64,000 nt of DNA from a candidate division FCPU426 bacterium (GTDB lineage: Bacteria > Oederibacteriota > Muellerivitia > Muellerivitales > Muellerivitaceae): assembly GCA_963719085.1 (NCBI GenBank), contig CAVRAL010000004.1, forward strand, positions 640,001-704,000, given 5' to 3'. Each line of letters opens with the position of its first letter. Within the stretch, counting starts at the first letter, position 1. Positions 10,078 to 19,810 of this stretch are shown piece by piece. The notes under the pieces were generated by a model. It was given only the letters and a program-made list of their open reading frames with translations, searched no databases and was not told where the DNA came from. The position numbers and the translations under genes are program-made.

Positions 10078-10106
10078 ATCCTAGTCAGGCCCTTTAGGGC
10101 CGTCAA
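10078..10106 (-). promoter_or_regulatory. sigma70-like promoter for the Mrp-like module
   Basis: TTGACG-17 bp-TAGGAT on minus strand; spacer holds palindrome GGCCC-TTTA-GGGCC (10088-10101). Confidence 0.55.
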
Positions 10107-10144
10107 TGTTCAAGTCGAAGGTCCGTTGAGTTCGGTTTTAACTT

Positions 10145-10981
10145 TTATTGAATCAATTTGGGGCGGATGGATCTCACGGCGAAAAATCCAAGCACCCAAG
10201 GCACAACCAGCGTATAGGCGAGGCTGACCGGCCAATCGGCCTCAAAATGACCGGTGGTGAGCATGCGGGTCAGGTGCACCGGATGGAACAGCGGCAGCCA
10301 ATAGGCGCAGAAGGCCACGGCCTTGGGCAGCTTGTCCACCGGGAAAAGTGTCCCGGAAAAAAGCGTCAGGGGCGAGATAACCCCGGAAATGAAAAAATTA
10401 AACTGGGAAATGTCTTTCACCAATCGCACCGCGAAAAGGCCGAGGCTGCCAAAAAGCACCGCCGTGAGGAATCCCACGAAAGGCACCAGCAGGGCCCAAG
10501 GCGAATGCACCAGCCCCCAAAGCGCGAAGACCCCCAAGACCCCGGTGGAAAAAAGGGCGCCCTTGGTGCCGTGGTAGATCAATTCCCCCCAAAAGATATC
10601 GGAGACGCTTAAAGGCGTCACCAGCATGGAATCGTAGTTGTGGTCCATCTCCATGCGGAAATAAGTGCCGTAGGACATGTCAAAGGCCGCCGAAAAAACC
10701 GCCGCCACCATGACCTGGCCGGGCGCGATGAAGGAAAGGTAATCCATTCCGCCCATCCCGCCGATGGAGGAAGCCAATCCCCAACCCACCGCCGTGATGA
10801 AGATGATCGGCTCCACCACGATGAAAAAGGAATTGGTGAAAAAGTTGCGCCGGTAAACGATGAAGTGGCGCGTCCAGATGGCGGCGAGCTTTTGAAAAAG
10901 CGACGGCAGGGGCCTATCGGCCCGCGCCGAGAAGAACGAAAGGCCTCGTCCCGAACGAGGTGAGGGATCATTCGCTTTCAT
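10145..10981 (-). CDS. ABC-2 type exporter permease (NodJ-like)
   Basis: EPIIFI, YLSFIAPG, LVTPLS..DI.WGE, LFSGTLFPVDKLP. Confidence 0.88.
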   Translation of the reverse strand: MKANDPSPRSGRGLSFFSARADRPLPSLFQKLAAIWTRHFIVYRRNFFTNSFFIVVEPIIFITAVGWGLASSIGGMGGMDYLSFIAPGQVMVAAVFSAAFDMSYGTYFRMEMDHNYDSMLVTPLSVSDIFWGELIYHGTKGALFSTGVLGVFALWGLVHSPWALLVPFVGFLTAVLFGSLGLFAVRLVKDISQFNFFISGVISPLTLFSGTLFPVDKLPKAVAFCAYWLPLFHPVHLTRMLTTGHFEADWPVSLAYTLVVPWVLGFFAVRSIRPKLIQ

Positions 10982-11873
10982 GCAGGTCCCTTCCCGTGAG
11001 TTTTAGAAATAAGTCCTCAAGCCCCGTGGGCCTGATTTGAAAGTTTCTTTTCAACCGCCCCGCCAATCGGTGAAGCTCGCTCGGGGACTTCGCGTAAAGG
11101 AATACCCGGTCCTGGAATCGGTCCACTTTCACCGCGCGGGGCGGTTTGGGCAGGCGCAGGGAAGCCGGGACTTCCATCACGAAGGGCGGCAGGTATTTTT
11201 GAATGAGCCCGCCCGGTTCCCCTTGCGCCAGCACCTTGCCCCGATCCATCACCATCAAGCGGTCGCACAATTGCTGGGCCTCTTCCATGTAATGGGTCGT
11301 GAGCAGGAGGGTGACGCCCCGCTTTTTGAGCTCCCGCAATTTCACCCAAATCAGGTGCCGCACCTGCGGGTCCAGTCCTGTGGTGGGCTCGTCCAGGATG
11401 AGAAGCTCGGGGTCGTTCAAGAGCGCGCGCGCGATCACGAGACGCCGCTTCATGCCCCCCGAAAGTTCCCGGATGCGGGCGGAGGCCTTTTCTTCCAGCG
11501 ACACGAATTTGAGCAGTTCCCCGATTTTTTTCCGGGCGATCAAACGCGGCAGGCCAAAATAACCGGAATAAATTTTGAGGTTCTCTTCGACGCTAATCTC
11601 GTCATCCAGATTGTCGGACTGGGCCACCACGCCCAAACGGTTTTTTAGGGCCGAGGCCGAATGGTCCGGGTCCAACCCCAAGACGCTTAAAGTTCCCGAA
11701 GTGCGGGGCGAGAAGCAATAAATCATCTTCATCAAGGTGGATTTGCCCGCGCCGTTGGGGCCGAGGAAGCCGAAGCACTCTCCGGGCTTGACGGAAAAGT
11801 CGACGCCATCCACGGCTTTAAACTCACCGTACTTTTTGACCAGCGTCTTGGCTTCGATTAGAGGTGCCGACAT
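10968..11873 (-). CDS. ABC exporter ATP-binding protein (NodI-like)
   Basis: Walker A GPNGAGKS, LSGGMKRR, LILDEPTTGLDPQ. Confidence 0.92.
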   Translation of the reverse strand: MSAPLIEAKTLVKKYGEFKAVDGVDFSVKPGECFGFLGPNGAGKSTLMKMIYCFSPRTSGTLSVLGLDPDHSASALKNRLGVVAQSDNLDDEISVEENLKIYSGYFGLPRLIARKKIGELLKFVSLEEKASARIRELSGGMKRRLVIARALLNDPELLILDEPTTGLDPQVRHLIWVKLRELKKRGVTLLLTTHYMEEAQQLCDRLMVMDRGKVLAQGEPGGLIQKYLPPFVMEVPASLRLPKPPRAVKVDRFQDRVFLYAKSPSELHRLAGRLKRNFQIRPTGLEDLFLKLTGRDLHESE

Positions 11874-11928
11874 GGAGGCTCCGGTTTTGAAATGGGCGCC
11901 AGCCTACCCAAAAAGGAGCCAAAAGAAA

Positions 11929-11960
11929 AGAAGGGAGAACCTTGAAGCGCTCTCCCTTCT
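11929..11960 (-). terminator. Probable intrinsic terminator after RND gene
   Basis: AGAAGGGAGA/TCTCCCTTCT inverted repeat followed on minus strand by TTTCTTTT. Confidence 0.55.
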
Positions 11961-11999
11961 AAAAACGAGGCGGCGTCAACTGGGGAAAAAACCAGCGGG

Positions 12000-14900
12000 T
12001 CAGCGCTTTTTAAGGGCGGGTTTGCGCGCGTCGAGCCCGGTTAATTTTCTCACCCACAAACGCAAGTCATCCATATACCCGAAAATGGAGGGCACAATGA
12101 AAAGCGTCAGAATGAGGGAGCTCAAGAGTCCGCCTTCCACCGCGACCCCCATGGACTGGCGGAACTTGCCGACTTCGGTCAAGGCCAGGGCCAGGGGCAG
12201 CATGCCCATGATCAGCGAAAAAGTCGTCATGAGAATCGGCCGGAGCCGGACCTTCCCCGCCATCTTCAAGGCATCCTCGCGCGAGTAGCCTTTCTTTTGC
12301 ATCTGCAGGGTGTAGTCCACCAACAGGATGGAGTTTTTCGTCACCAGCCCTAAAAGCATGATGATGGAGATCCAACTGAAGACGTTCAAGGACTGTCCCG
12401 TAATAAAGAGCGCGAAGAAGGCGCCCACGATGGCCAAAGGAATGGCCATCATGATGGTGAGGGGCAAAATCGGCGATTCGTAAAGGCTGGCCAAGATCAT
12501 ATAGGTGAAAAGCAGGGCCAATCCCACGGCCATCAGCATACTGATGCCCAAGTCCTTATAGTCTTCCGCCTGACCGACGAACTCATAGCGCACGCCCGGG
12601 GGAAATTGGATGGTTTTGACGATCTTTTGCGCGTCCGTCAGGATATTGCCCAGGTTGCCGTCCTTGCCCAATTGGCCCGAGATCATGATGTAGCGGGCGC
12701 GGTCCTGCCGGTTGATCTTGGCCGGGCCTTCGGTGGTAACCGGCTTCGCGATATCGGACAGGCGCACCAAGTTATCGTTTTGGTTGGGGACTAAAATTTG
12801 GTTGAAGTCTTTTTCCAAATTCTGCTGGTCATCCTGCACCCGGACCCGGATGTCGTAATCCAGCCCGTTTTGCCGGAACTTGGCCGGGGTTTGGCCTTCC
12901 ACTTGGGTGCGCAGTTCCATGCCGGCTTCCTCGCCGGACACGCCGTAGAGGCGCAATTTTTCCGGGTCCAAAACCGCTTGAAATTCCGGTTTGCCCCCGT
13001 CATAGGTGGACTGCACATCCTCCAAACCATGAATGCCGCGGATCTTATCGGCCACCTGCTGGGCGAAGGGCACCAAGGTCGCGTAATCCTGCCCGATCAG
13101 GTTCAAGTTGAAGGGCGCCACGTCCCCAAAGCCGCTTTGGTCGGCCACCTGCGGATTGAGGCTTTGTTGATAGGGCTTTAGTTCGTCGCGCACCTCGTCC
13201 TTGAGTTGGGCCGTGGTCTTCACGCGCTTATCGTAATGCAGCAGCTTCACGTAAAGCCGCGCCGTGTTGGAATCTTGCTGGGCCACGCCGGTCGAGTCCG
13301 TCCCGCCGATGGTGTCCGATACCAATACCACTTCAGGATGCTTGCGGATCAGGTTATCCACCACCATGGTTTGGTCCCGCATGGATTCCAAGGAGGTGCC
13401 TGGAGCGGCCTTGAGCTGCACCACAAACTCGCCCACATCGGACGAAGGCAGGAAGGTCGATTTAATATGGGGTCCGAGGCCGATCACGGAAAAAACGAAA
13501 AGTAAAAAAGCGCCGATCACCACCCAAAGCCGGTGCTTCAGGCACCAATCGATGAGCAGCGTGTAACGGTCTTCCAAAGTGGTTTGAAAATCATCAAACC
13601 ACCTCAGAAAAAGGCTAACCGGGTTCCGGGTGGGTTTTTGAACGCTTTTTTTACCCAAGTAGGCCGAAAGCATCGGCCCCATGACCAGCGCCTCGAAGAG
13701 CGACACCGCCATGGCGAAACAAACCGTCAGGCCGAACTCCCGGAAAAACTGGCCAATGGTTCCCTTTAAAAAGGCGATCGGGAAAAAAACCGCGATCACC
13801 ACCGAGGAAGTGGCGATCACCGCCAGCATGACCTCGAGCGCCCCATCCACCGCCGCTTTTTTGGGGTCTTCCCCGTTCTCGATATGACGCCAGATATTTT
13901 CGCGTACCACAATGGCGTCGTCGATGAGAAGCCCCACCGCCAACGACAGCGCCAAGAGCGTCATCACGTTCAGGGTGAAGCCCATGGCGTGCATCAGAAT
14001 GAAAGCGCCCAGGAGCGAGACCGGAAGCGATGTCACCGTGATAAAGGTCGAGCGGATATTACCCAGGAAAATGAAGACCACCAGCACGGTCAGCGAAATG
14101 CCCAGCAGGATCGTTCGCTTCACGTCATCCAGGTTGAGCCGCACGGGAAGCGCGGCTTCCTGCACCAGCGCGATCTGGGCCGCGCCGGGGCGGCTTTTGA
14201 GGTCCTCGTTGATTTTGTTCATGCGGGCCATCACGCCGTCCACCACGGCCACCGTATTGGCCTTGGATTGTTTATAGACCTGCAAAATGAGGGCGGGTTG
14301 GCCGTCCACATAGCTGTAGCCCGTGGGCTTGACGGTGGAATCTTCCACCGTGCCGAGCCGCTCCACCGGCACCGAGACATCGGACCCCGTGAAATTCACC
14401 GAGGTCTGCTTAAGGCGGTTCAAGTCGTCATATTGGCCCACGGACCGGAAGGTCAAATTTTGGCCGTCCACATTCACGTCGCCCACCGGCACGTTTTCGC
14501 CGTTGAGGCCGATGCGGTCCGACACATGGGACGCGCTGATATGGTAGGCGTTGAGTTTGGTCCGGTCCAAAAGCACGTGGATTTCGCGTTTGGTGCCGCC
14601 TTGAATATTGACCACGCCCACGCCCGGCACCTGCGCGATGTCGGGCTTGATCACTTGGTCCGCCAAGTCAAACGCGTCCGCCGCCGATAGGGACGATTTG
14701 AGGCTGATCTGGATCACCGCTTGGTCCGAAGGGTCCATCCGGCGGATGACCGGCTCATCCACGCCCTTCGGGAGCTGGGGGCGCACGAAGGCCACCCGGT
14801 CGCGCACCTGCTGTTCGGCGTCTTTGGCGTCGGTTTCCAGGGTGAACTGCACCACCACCGTGGAAAAACCCTCCTGGTTGGTGGACGTGACTTTCTTCAC

Positions 14901-15128
14901 GCCTTGCAACGAGCTGAGTTCTTCTTCCAGGGGTTTGGAAATTTGGCTCTCAATTTCCTCGGGCGAGGCGCCTTGATAAGGCGTGGAGACGAACACGAAA
15001 GGAAAGCTCACGTCGGGGAAAAGGTCCACTCCCAGCGAGTCATAGGCCAGGGCGCCCATAATCATGAGGAGAATGACCAGACAGCTGACGAAGACCGGAC
15101 GGTTGACGGCGAGTTGGGGAAGGTTCAC
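12000..15128 (-). CDS. RND efflux permease (AcrB/HAE1 family)
   Basis: RPVF, DLFPDV, GLLIDDAIVVRENI, GLVTKNSILLVD, RLRPILMTT. Confidence 0.95.
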   Translation of the reverse strand: MNLPQLAVNRPVFVSCLVILLMIMGALAYDSLGVDLFPDVSFPFVFVSTPYQGASPEEIESQISKPLEEELSSLQGVKKVTSTNQEGFSTVVVQFTLETDAKDAEQQVRDRVAFVRPQLPKGVDEPVIRRMDPSDQAVIQISLKSSLSAADAFDLADQVIKPDIAQVPGVGVVNIQGGTKREIHVLLDRTKLNAYHISASHVSDRIGLNGENVPVGDVNVDGQNLTFRSVGQYDDLNRLKQTSVNFTGSDVSVPVERLGTVEDSTVKPTGYSYVDGQPALILQVYKQSKANTVAVVDGVMARMNKINEDLKSRPGAAQIALVQEAALPVRLNLDDVKRTILLGISLTVLVVFIFLGNIRSTFITVTSLPVSLLGAFILMHAMGFTLNVMTLLALSLAVGLLIDDAIVVRENIWRHIENGEDPKKAAVDGALEVMLAVIATSSVVIAVFFPIAFLKGTIGQFFREFGLTVCFAMAVSLFEALVMGPMLSAYLGKKSVQKPTRNPVSLFLRWFDDFQTTLEDRYTLLIDWCLKHRLWVVIGAFLLFVFSVIGLGPHIKSTFLPSSDVGEFVVQLKAAPGTSLESMRDQTMVVDNLIRKHPEVVLVSDTIGGTDSTGVAQQDSNTARLYVKLLHYDKRVKTTAQLKDEVRDELKPYQQSLNPQVADQSGFGDVAPFNLNLIGQDYATLVPFAQQVADKIRGIHGLEDVQSTYDGGKPEFQAVLDPEKLRLYGVSGEEAGMELRTQVEGQTPAKFRQNGLDYDIRVRVQDDQQNLEKDFNQILVPNQNDNLVRLSDIAKPVTTEGPAKINRQDRARYIMISGQLGKDGNLGNILTDAQKIVKTIQFPPGVRYEFVGQAEDYKDLGISMLMAVGLALLFTYMILASLYESPILPLTIMMAIPLAIVGAFFALFITGQSLNVFSWISIIMLLGLVTKNSILLVDYTLQMQKKGYSREDALKMAGKVRLRPILMTTFSLIMGMLPLALALTEVGKFRQSMGVAVEGGLLSSLILTLFIVPSIFGYMDDLRLWVRKLTGLDARKPALKKR

Positions 15129-16603
15129 GGTTTGTCTCCTGGGGCGGCGTCGGGCGTTTCAGTCGCCATCCACCATTGAGCTTCGGCTAAAAGCGAAAGT
15201 TTTTCCGCGATGACCGATAAATGGTTCAACCGAGCGGCGTTGTAATCGTTCTCAAAAGATAAAAGCTGAAACTCGGTGGTTCGGCCGAACTCGAGCCTTT
15301 GCTTTTCCTGGTCCGCCTTGTTTTTTTGGATGTCCTCAATTTGCGCGGTCATGTCGAGCCGCTGGTTCACGTCGGACAACTTATCCGAAAGGTCTTTCCA
15401 ATCTTGCGCCACCTGCACCTGTTTGTCCTTCAAGGCCAGGGCCGCGCTTTCGTAGTTTTTCTTAAATCCCTCGGCCACCTGGGAAGCGGTGAAAACATCC
15501 AGCGGCAGGTTGAACTGCGCGCCAATGTCATAAGTCGGATGATTGGCGCTAAAGGCTTGGCTGTTGGCCGGGACAAAACTGGGGTCTAATCCGTTGCCCC
15601 GCCAATCGGCCTTCGCGGTGATGTCCGGATAGACATTCTGGTGGGCCGCGTCATAGGCGGCCTTTTGCTCCGCCGCGGTATCCTCGGACGCTTTGAGGTC
15701 CAGCCGTTCGGGAAGGCTGGCGGGAATGTCCACCGTCAATTGATCCAGCGAATTCTGTAAATCGTCCAATTGTTCCGGAACTTGGTTGACGGAAGCCCCC
15801 CGATAACGGTTGAACGAAAGCCTTGCGGAACGCTCTTGCTGCTGCGCCATGTCCAAATCCAGCGCCGCCAGGCGGACGGAGGCCTCGGCTTGCAAGGCGT
15901 CGGGCGGATCGGCGAGATTGCGGGCGACCCGCTTTTTCGTCCAGTCCCAAATTTTTTGGGTGCGGTCCAGCGTATCCTGCCGGATCACCAAGGCTTGCCG
16001 GGCCAAGGCTAAATTCCAGTAGGCGACCTTCGCGTTATAAAGCTCCTGTTCCCTTTGAAACGCCGCGCTTTGGGCCGCTGATTCAAATTGATATTGGACT
16101 TGTTTGACGCCCGCCCCGGTTTGAGCTCCCCCAAAATCTTTAAAAAGCGGCACCGAAAGCGAAATCACCGGGCTCACTTGGTAATAAGAAGTTGGGATGA
16201 CGGAGGGGTTGATGCCCGCGTTGGTAAAAAACTCATTCTCCACATCCGAAAGCGGAGAGTTGATGTCTAAAAACTCATATCCCACCGAAAGCTTGGGTCC
16301 AAAGGGAAAAATATCCGTAATGGAAACGCCCGCCGTGTCGGTTTGAGTATGGGGTCCGGCGAAAGGATTCGCCTGGGTGGATTGATCATCCTCGTGGTTA
16401 TAGCTGGCCGTCAAAACCGGCGAGTAGGTCAGGTCTTGCTGGTGCGATTGCTTTTCATAGCCTTCCACCGCGGCGGCTTGGGCTTGATAGTCGAAGCCTT
16501 GGGTCTTCACCTGGTTCAAATACTCCGAGAGTGAAAGGGATTGGGCGTTCAAAAGGGGCGCGGCTAAAAATAAACCGAAGGTGAAAAAAAGGCGGCGTCG
16601 CAT
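15125..16603 (-). CDS. TolC-family outer membrane efflux protein
   Basis: Signal peptide, AYWNL, long helical repeats, RLEFGRTTEFQLL; 4-nt overlap with RND gene. Confidence 0.8.
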   Translation of the reverse strand: MRRRLFFTFGLFLAAPLLNAQSLSLSEYLNQVKTQGFDYQAQAAAVEGYEKQSHQQDLTYSPVLTASYNHEDDQSTQANPFAGPHTQTDTAGVSITDIFPFGPKLSVGYEFLDINSPLSDVENEFFTNAGINPSVIPTSYYQVSPVISLSVPLFKDFGGAQTGAGVKQVQYQFESAAQSAAFQREQELYNAKVAYWNLALARQALVIRQDTLDRTQKIWDWTKKRVARNLADPPDALQAEASVRLAALDLDMAQQQERSARLSFNRYRGASVNQVPEQLDDLQNSLDQLTVDIPASLPERLDLKASEDTAAEQKAAYDAAHQNVYPDITAKADWRGNGLDPSFVPANSQAFSANHPTYDIGAQFNLPLDVFTASQVAEGFKKNYESAALALKDKQVQVAQDWKDLSDKLSDVNQRLDMTAQIEDIQKNKADQEKQRLEFGRTTEFQLLSFENDYNAARLNHLSVIAEKLSLLAEAQWWMATETPDAAPGDKP

Positions 16604-16651
16604 GGAGTCTCCTCAAAAATAACTTCATCATTTTCAAAACCTGGAATCAGA

Positions 16652-16680
16652 AATCTACCGATCGGTCGGCTAATTGTCAA
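16652..16680 (-). promoter_or_regulatory. sigma70 promoter of tolC-RND operon with palindromic operator
   Basis: TTGACA-17 bp-TAGATT; perfect palindrome ACCGATCGGT at 16657-16666. Confidence 0.65.
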
Positions 16681-16739
16681 TCCCCCGAAAAGGACTTCAA
16701 AGCCCCCCAAACAAGGAAAATCGCCCCGGCGATTTGGTC

Positions 16740-17129
16740 CTATTCATCCTTTTTTTTCTTCTCGGCCCATTCTTTCCATTCTTCCTCGGACCAATGTTTC
16801 CAATCCACATCCGCCCACTGCCGCCACTCCCGGCTCCAATCTTTCAACTCGCGAATCCACGCTTGCGGCGCGCCCCCGCCCACTTGCCGGGGCATGACCA
16901 ATCCCAGAACCGCCGAAGCCAGGGCGATCGTGGTTCCGAGCAAAAGTCCCAGGATCACGAAGATCACCCCCAGCGTCGCGCCTAAGGCTTGACCGAAGGC
17001 CAGCACGATCCAAGAAAAACCCAAAGCCAGCGCCACGCCTCCGACGATCCCAGCCACCGCGATCGCGCTGCCCCCGCCGAATTCCACGTTGGCGTGGGCC
17101 TTTCCCCCATCCTTTATTTCATCGCTCAT
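16740..17129 (-). CDS. Small membrane protein with Trp-rich tail, possible ECF partner
   Basis: Two Gly-rich hydrophobic segments; start overlaps sigma stop (TAATG). Confidence 0.6.
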   Translation of the reverse strand: MSDEIKDGGKAHANVEFGGGSAIAVAGIVGGVALALGFSWIVLAFGQALGATLGVIFVILGLLLGTTIALASAVLGLVMPRQVGGGAPQAWIRELKDWSREWRQWADVDWKHWSEEEWKEWAEKKKKDE

Positions 17130-17629
17130 TATTTCCTCCGATTCGCTTCCAAATTTTTACCGAGGGCGGCCAGCGCGTAACGGCAACGGCTGGCCGCCGT
17201 GTTGAGGGAAATTTTTAAGGCTTCCCCGATCTCCTTGAACGACAGCCCCATGTAATATTTCATGCGGATGACCCTTTGTTGGCTGGGCGGCAGGGCCTCC
17301 AGCGCCCTTTCCAAATGCCGCGGATCCATTCCCGGCGCCTCCACAACGGCTTCGTTCGCGGCCGGCTCCGGAATCTCGTCCAAGGACAAAGCGATCTTGC
17401 GGCGGGTCCGCCGTTTGATCGAATTGAGCCAAACCGCCCGGGCCACATAAGCGCCCGGATTTTCGATGGAAAGCACCTGGCGTTTTTCCCAAAGAAAGGC
17501 CAGGGTTTCCTGAACCACATCCTCGGCTTCTTCCCGGTTTTCCAATACCCGGACCGCCAGCTTGAACCAGAGTTCCCGGTGGGCCGTCACAAAAGCCTGG
17601 AAACCCGCTTCTTGTCGAAAATCGGTCAT
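17129..17629 (-). CDS. ECF-type RNA polymerase sigma factor
   Basis: AEDVVQET region 2; LP..QRVIRMKYYMGLSFKEIGEALKISLNTAASR region 4. Confidence 0.9.
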   Translation of the reverse strand: MTDFRQEAGFQAFVTAHRELWFKLAVRVLENREEAEDVVQETLAFLWEKRQVLSIENPGAYVARAVWLNSIKRRTRRKIALSLDEIPEPAANEAVVEAPGMDPRHLERALEALPPSQQRVIRMKYYMGLSFKEIGEALKISLNTAASRCRYALAALGKNLEANRRK

Positions 17630-17746
17630 GAATGGATTCTAACCTCGCTCCCTCAAATGATCCCGGAAGGCTTCTTTTTGTCTGTCGAAACCGATATTTC
17701 GGCCCTTTTCCCCAATCCTGCTATAATTAGGCCCATTTTCGCCTTA

Positions 17747-17776
17747 TTGACACCCCCTAAGGCTTCGGAGTAAAAC
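17747..17776 (+). promoter_or_regulatory. Possible promoter for TPAT operon
   Basis: TTGACA-18 bp-TAAAAC; a second extended -10 TGcTATAAT lies at 17719-17727. Confidence 0.45.
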
Positions 17777-17822
17777 GGGGCTCATTTTTGAGGCATTCTG
17801 TTCTTAAGGAAGGACCTTTTCG

Positions 17823-18755
17823 ATGCCACATCCGAACCCCAAGCACCCGGCCGGCGGTTTTTTGTTCCTGTTATTTTTTTGCGGCCTTTTTTTAAACGGC
17901 TGCTTCATTAAATCCCTCGCGGTCAATTCCATCGGCGACAGCCTGGCGGGCTCCGGCGATACCTGGTCCAGCGACGACGACCCCGAGCTGGTGCGCCAAG
18001 CCCTTCCTTTTAGCTTGAAGTTGATTGAAAGCGTTTTGGCCGCCACGCCCCAGCACACCGCCCTTTTGACCGCCGCCTGCCAAGATTTTACCGAATACGC
18101 CTACGCCTTTGTGCAGCAGGACGCGGAGTTCATCGCCGACAAGGATTATCCCAAATCGGAAGAAATGAAAGTTCGGGCCAAAAAACTTTACTTAAGGGCC
18201 TACGCTTACGGCTTGCGCGCTTTGGATTCCCGCCATTCCTCTTTTAGCAAAGACCTCTTCACCGATCCTAAAAAAGCCGTGAAGGAAGCCGACAAGGATG
18301 ACGTCACCGCCCTTTATTGGACCGGCGTCTCTTGGATGGCCGCGATTTCCATCGGGAAGGACGATCCGGCGCTTTTGTCCGATCTTCCCCAGGCCGAGGC
18401 TTTGGTTTACCGCGCCTACGCCTTGAACCCTGATTATGACGACGGTGCCATCGAAAGCTTCCTCATTACTTATGAGGGCGGGAAACCCGCCGCCATGGGC
18501 GGCTCCGCGCAAAAAGCCCGGGACCACTTCAAGCGCGCCGTGGAACTGTCCAAGGGAACCCAATTGGGCCCCTACTTGAATTTGGCCGAAGCCGTGGATG
18601 AGCAAACCCAGAACCAAGCCGAGTTCGTCGATTTGCTGAACCAGGCCTTGGCCATTGACGTGGAGGCCGACAAGCCTCATCGCTTGGTGAACCTCATCAT
18701 GCGTAAAAGAGCCCAGTGGCTTTTAACCCAAGTTGATTCCATTTTCGTCAAATAA
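17823..18755 (+). CDS. TRAP-associated TatT component (lipoprotein)
   Basis: Lipobox LNGC, DDPELVRQALPF.LKL.E, YAYAFV, MGG...A..HF.RA. Confidence 0.88.
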   Translation: MPHPNPKHPAGGFLFLLFFCGLFLNGCFIKSLAVNSIGDSLAGSGDTWSSDDDPELVRQALPFSLKLIESVLAATPQHTALLTAACQDFTEYAYAFVQQDAEFIADKDYPKSEEMKVRAKKLYLRAYAYGLRALDSRHSSFSKDLFTDPKKAVKEADKDDVTALYWTGVSWMAAISIGKDDPALLSDLPQAEALVYRAYALNPDYDDGAIESFLITYEGGKPAAMGGSAQKARDHFKRAVELSKGTQLGPYLNLAEAVDEQTQNQAEFVDLLNQALAIDVEADKPHRLVNLIMRKRAQWLLTQVDSIFVK

Positions 18756-18781
18756 TTCCCATCATTTTTAGGAGGCGTCTC

Positions 18782-19810
18782 GTGTTGAACTCATTCAAGA
18801 ATAAAATCATCTTAGGCTTGGCCCTCGCCGCGTTTGCGTCGATTGGCTTCCGCGCTCAAGCCCAAGACGCCGCGGTCACTTTGAAGCTGGGAACCCTGGC
18901 TCCCCTGGGATCTCCCTGGGATAAAATCATCCGGGACATGGGCGAGGAATGGAAAACCGCCGGAGTCCTCTTGAAGGTTTATCCGGGCGGTGAACTCGGC
19001 GATGAGCCCGACATGGTCAGTAAAATGCGCACGGGCCAGATCCAAGCCGGCGTCTTCACCGTGGTGGGCTTGTCCCAAATCGATAAAGGCTTCTCAGCCC
19101 TTTCGGTTCCCATGCTTTATAAAAGCGACGCCGAGAGCGATTATGTGCGCTCCAAACTCCAGCCCCTGTTGGAAAAAAGGTTGCTGGCCGATGGCTACAA
19201 GATCCTCAATTGGGGCGACGCCGGTTGGGTGATGTTTTTCGGCAAGACCCCCATCCTCACCCCCGACGATTTGAAAAAAGCCAAGTTCTTCATTTGGGGC
19301 AACGACACCGACACCATGAACATCTGGAAGTCCGCGGGCTACTCGCCCGTGCCGCTGTCGGCCACCGACATCTTGCCCAATCTTCAAACCGGCTTGATTG
19401 ATTCCTTCGATACCACGCCCCTATCCGCCCTTTCGTTTCAATGGTTCCCCTTGGCGCCGCACATGACCAATTTGAAATGGGCTCCTTTGGTGGGCGCCAC
19501 CATCGTTACCACCAAAGCCTGGAACAGCATCCCCGCCGCTTCCCGGCCGGCGGTCCTCAAGGCCGCCGCTGAGGCGGGCAAGCGGTTCAAAGATGAGATC
19601 CGTACCGATAACCAAGCCGCCATCGACGCCATGAAACAACACGGCTTGATCGTGCATGACGTCACCGATGATCAATACGCCCAATGGGAACAGCTTTTCC
19701 AAAGCGTCTATCCCCAGATCTCGGGAACCGTGGTCCCCGCCGATATGATGACCCTGGCCATCAAGTATCGGGATCAATACCGCGCCTCTCAAAAAGCGCC
19801 GGCGGAATGA
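18782..19810 (+). CDS. dctP: TRAP substrate-binding protein DctP/TatP
   Basis: KLGTLAPLGSPW, YPGGELGDE, LQTGLID. Confidence 0.9.
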   Translation: MLNSFKNKIILGLALAAFASIGFRAQAQDAAVTLKLGTLAPLGSPWDKIIRDMGEEWKTAGVLLKVYPGGELGDEPDMVSKMRTGQIQAGVFTVVGLSQIDKGFSALSVPMLYKSDAESDYVRSKLQPLLEKRLLADGYKILNWGDAGWVMFFGKTPILTPDDLKKAKFFIWGNDTDTMNIWKSAGYSPVPLSATDILPNLQTGLIDSFDTTPLSALSFQWFPLAPHMTNLKWAPLVGATIVTTKAWNSIPAASRPAVLKAAAEAGKRFKDEIRTDNQAAIDAMKQHGLIVHDVTDDQYAQWEQLFQSVYPQISGTVVPADMMTLAIKYRDQYRASQKAPAE

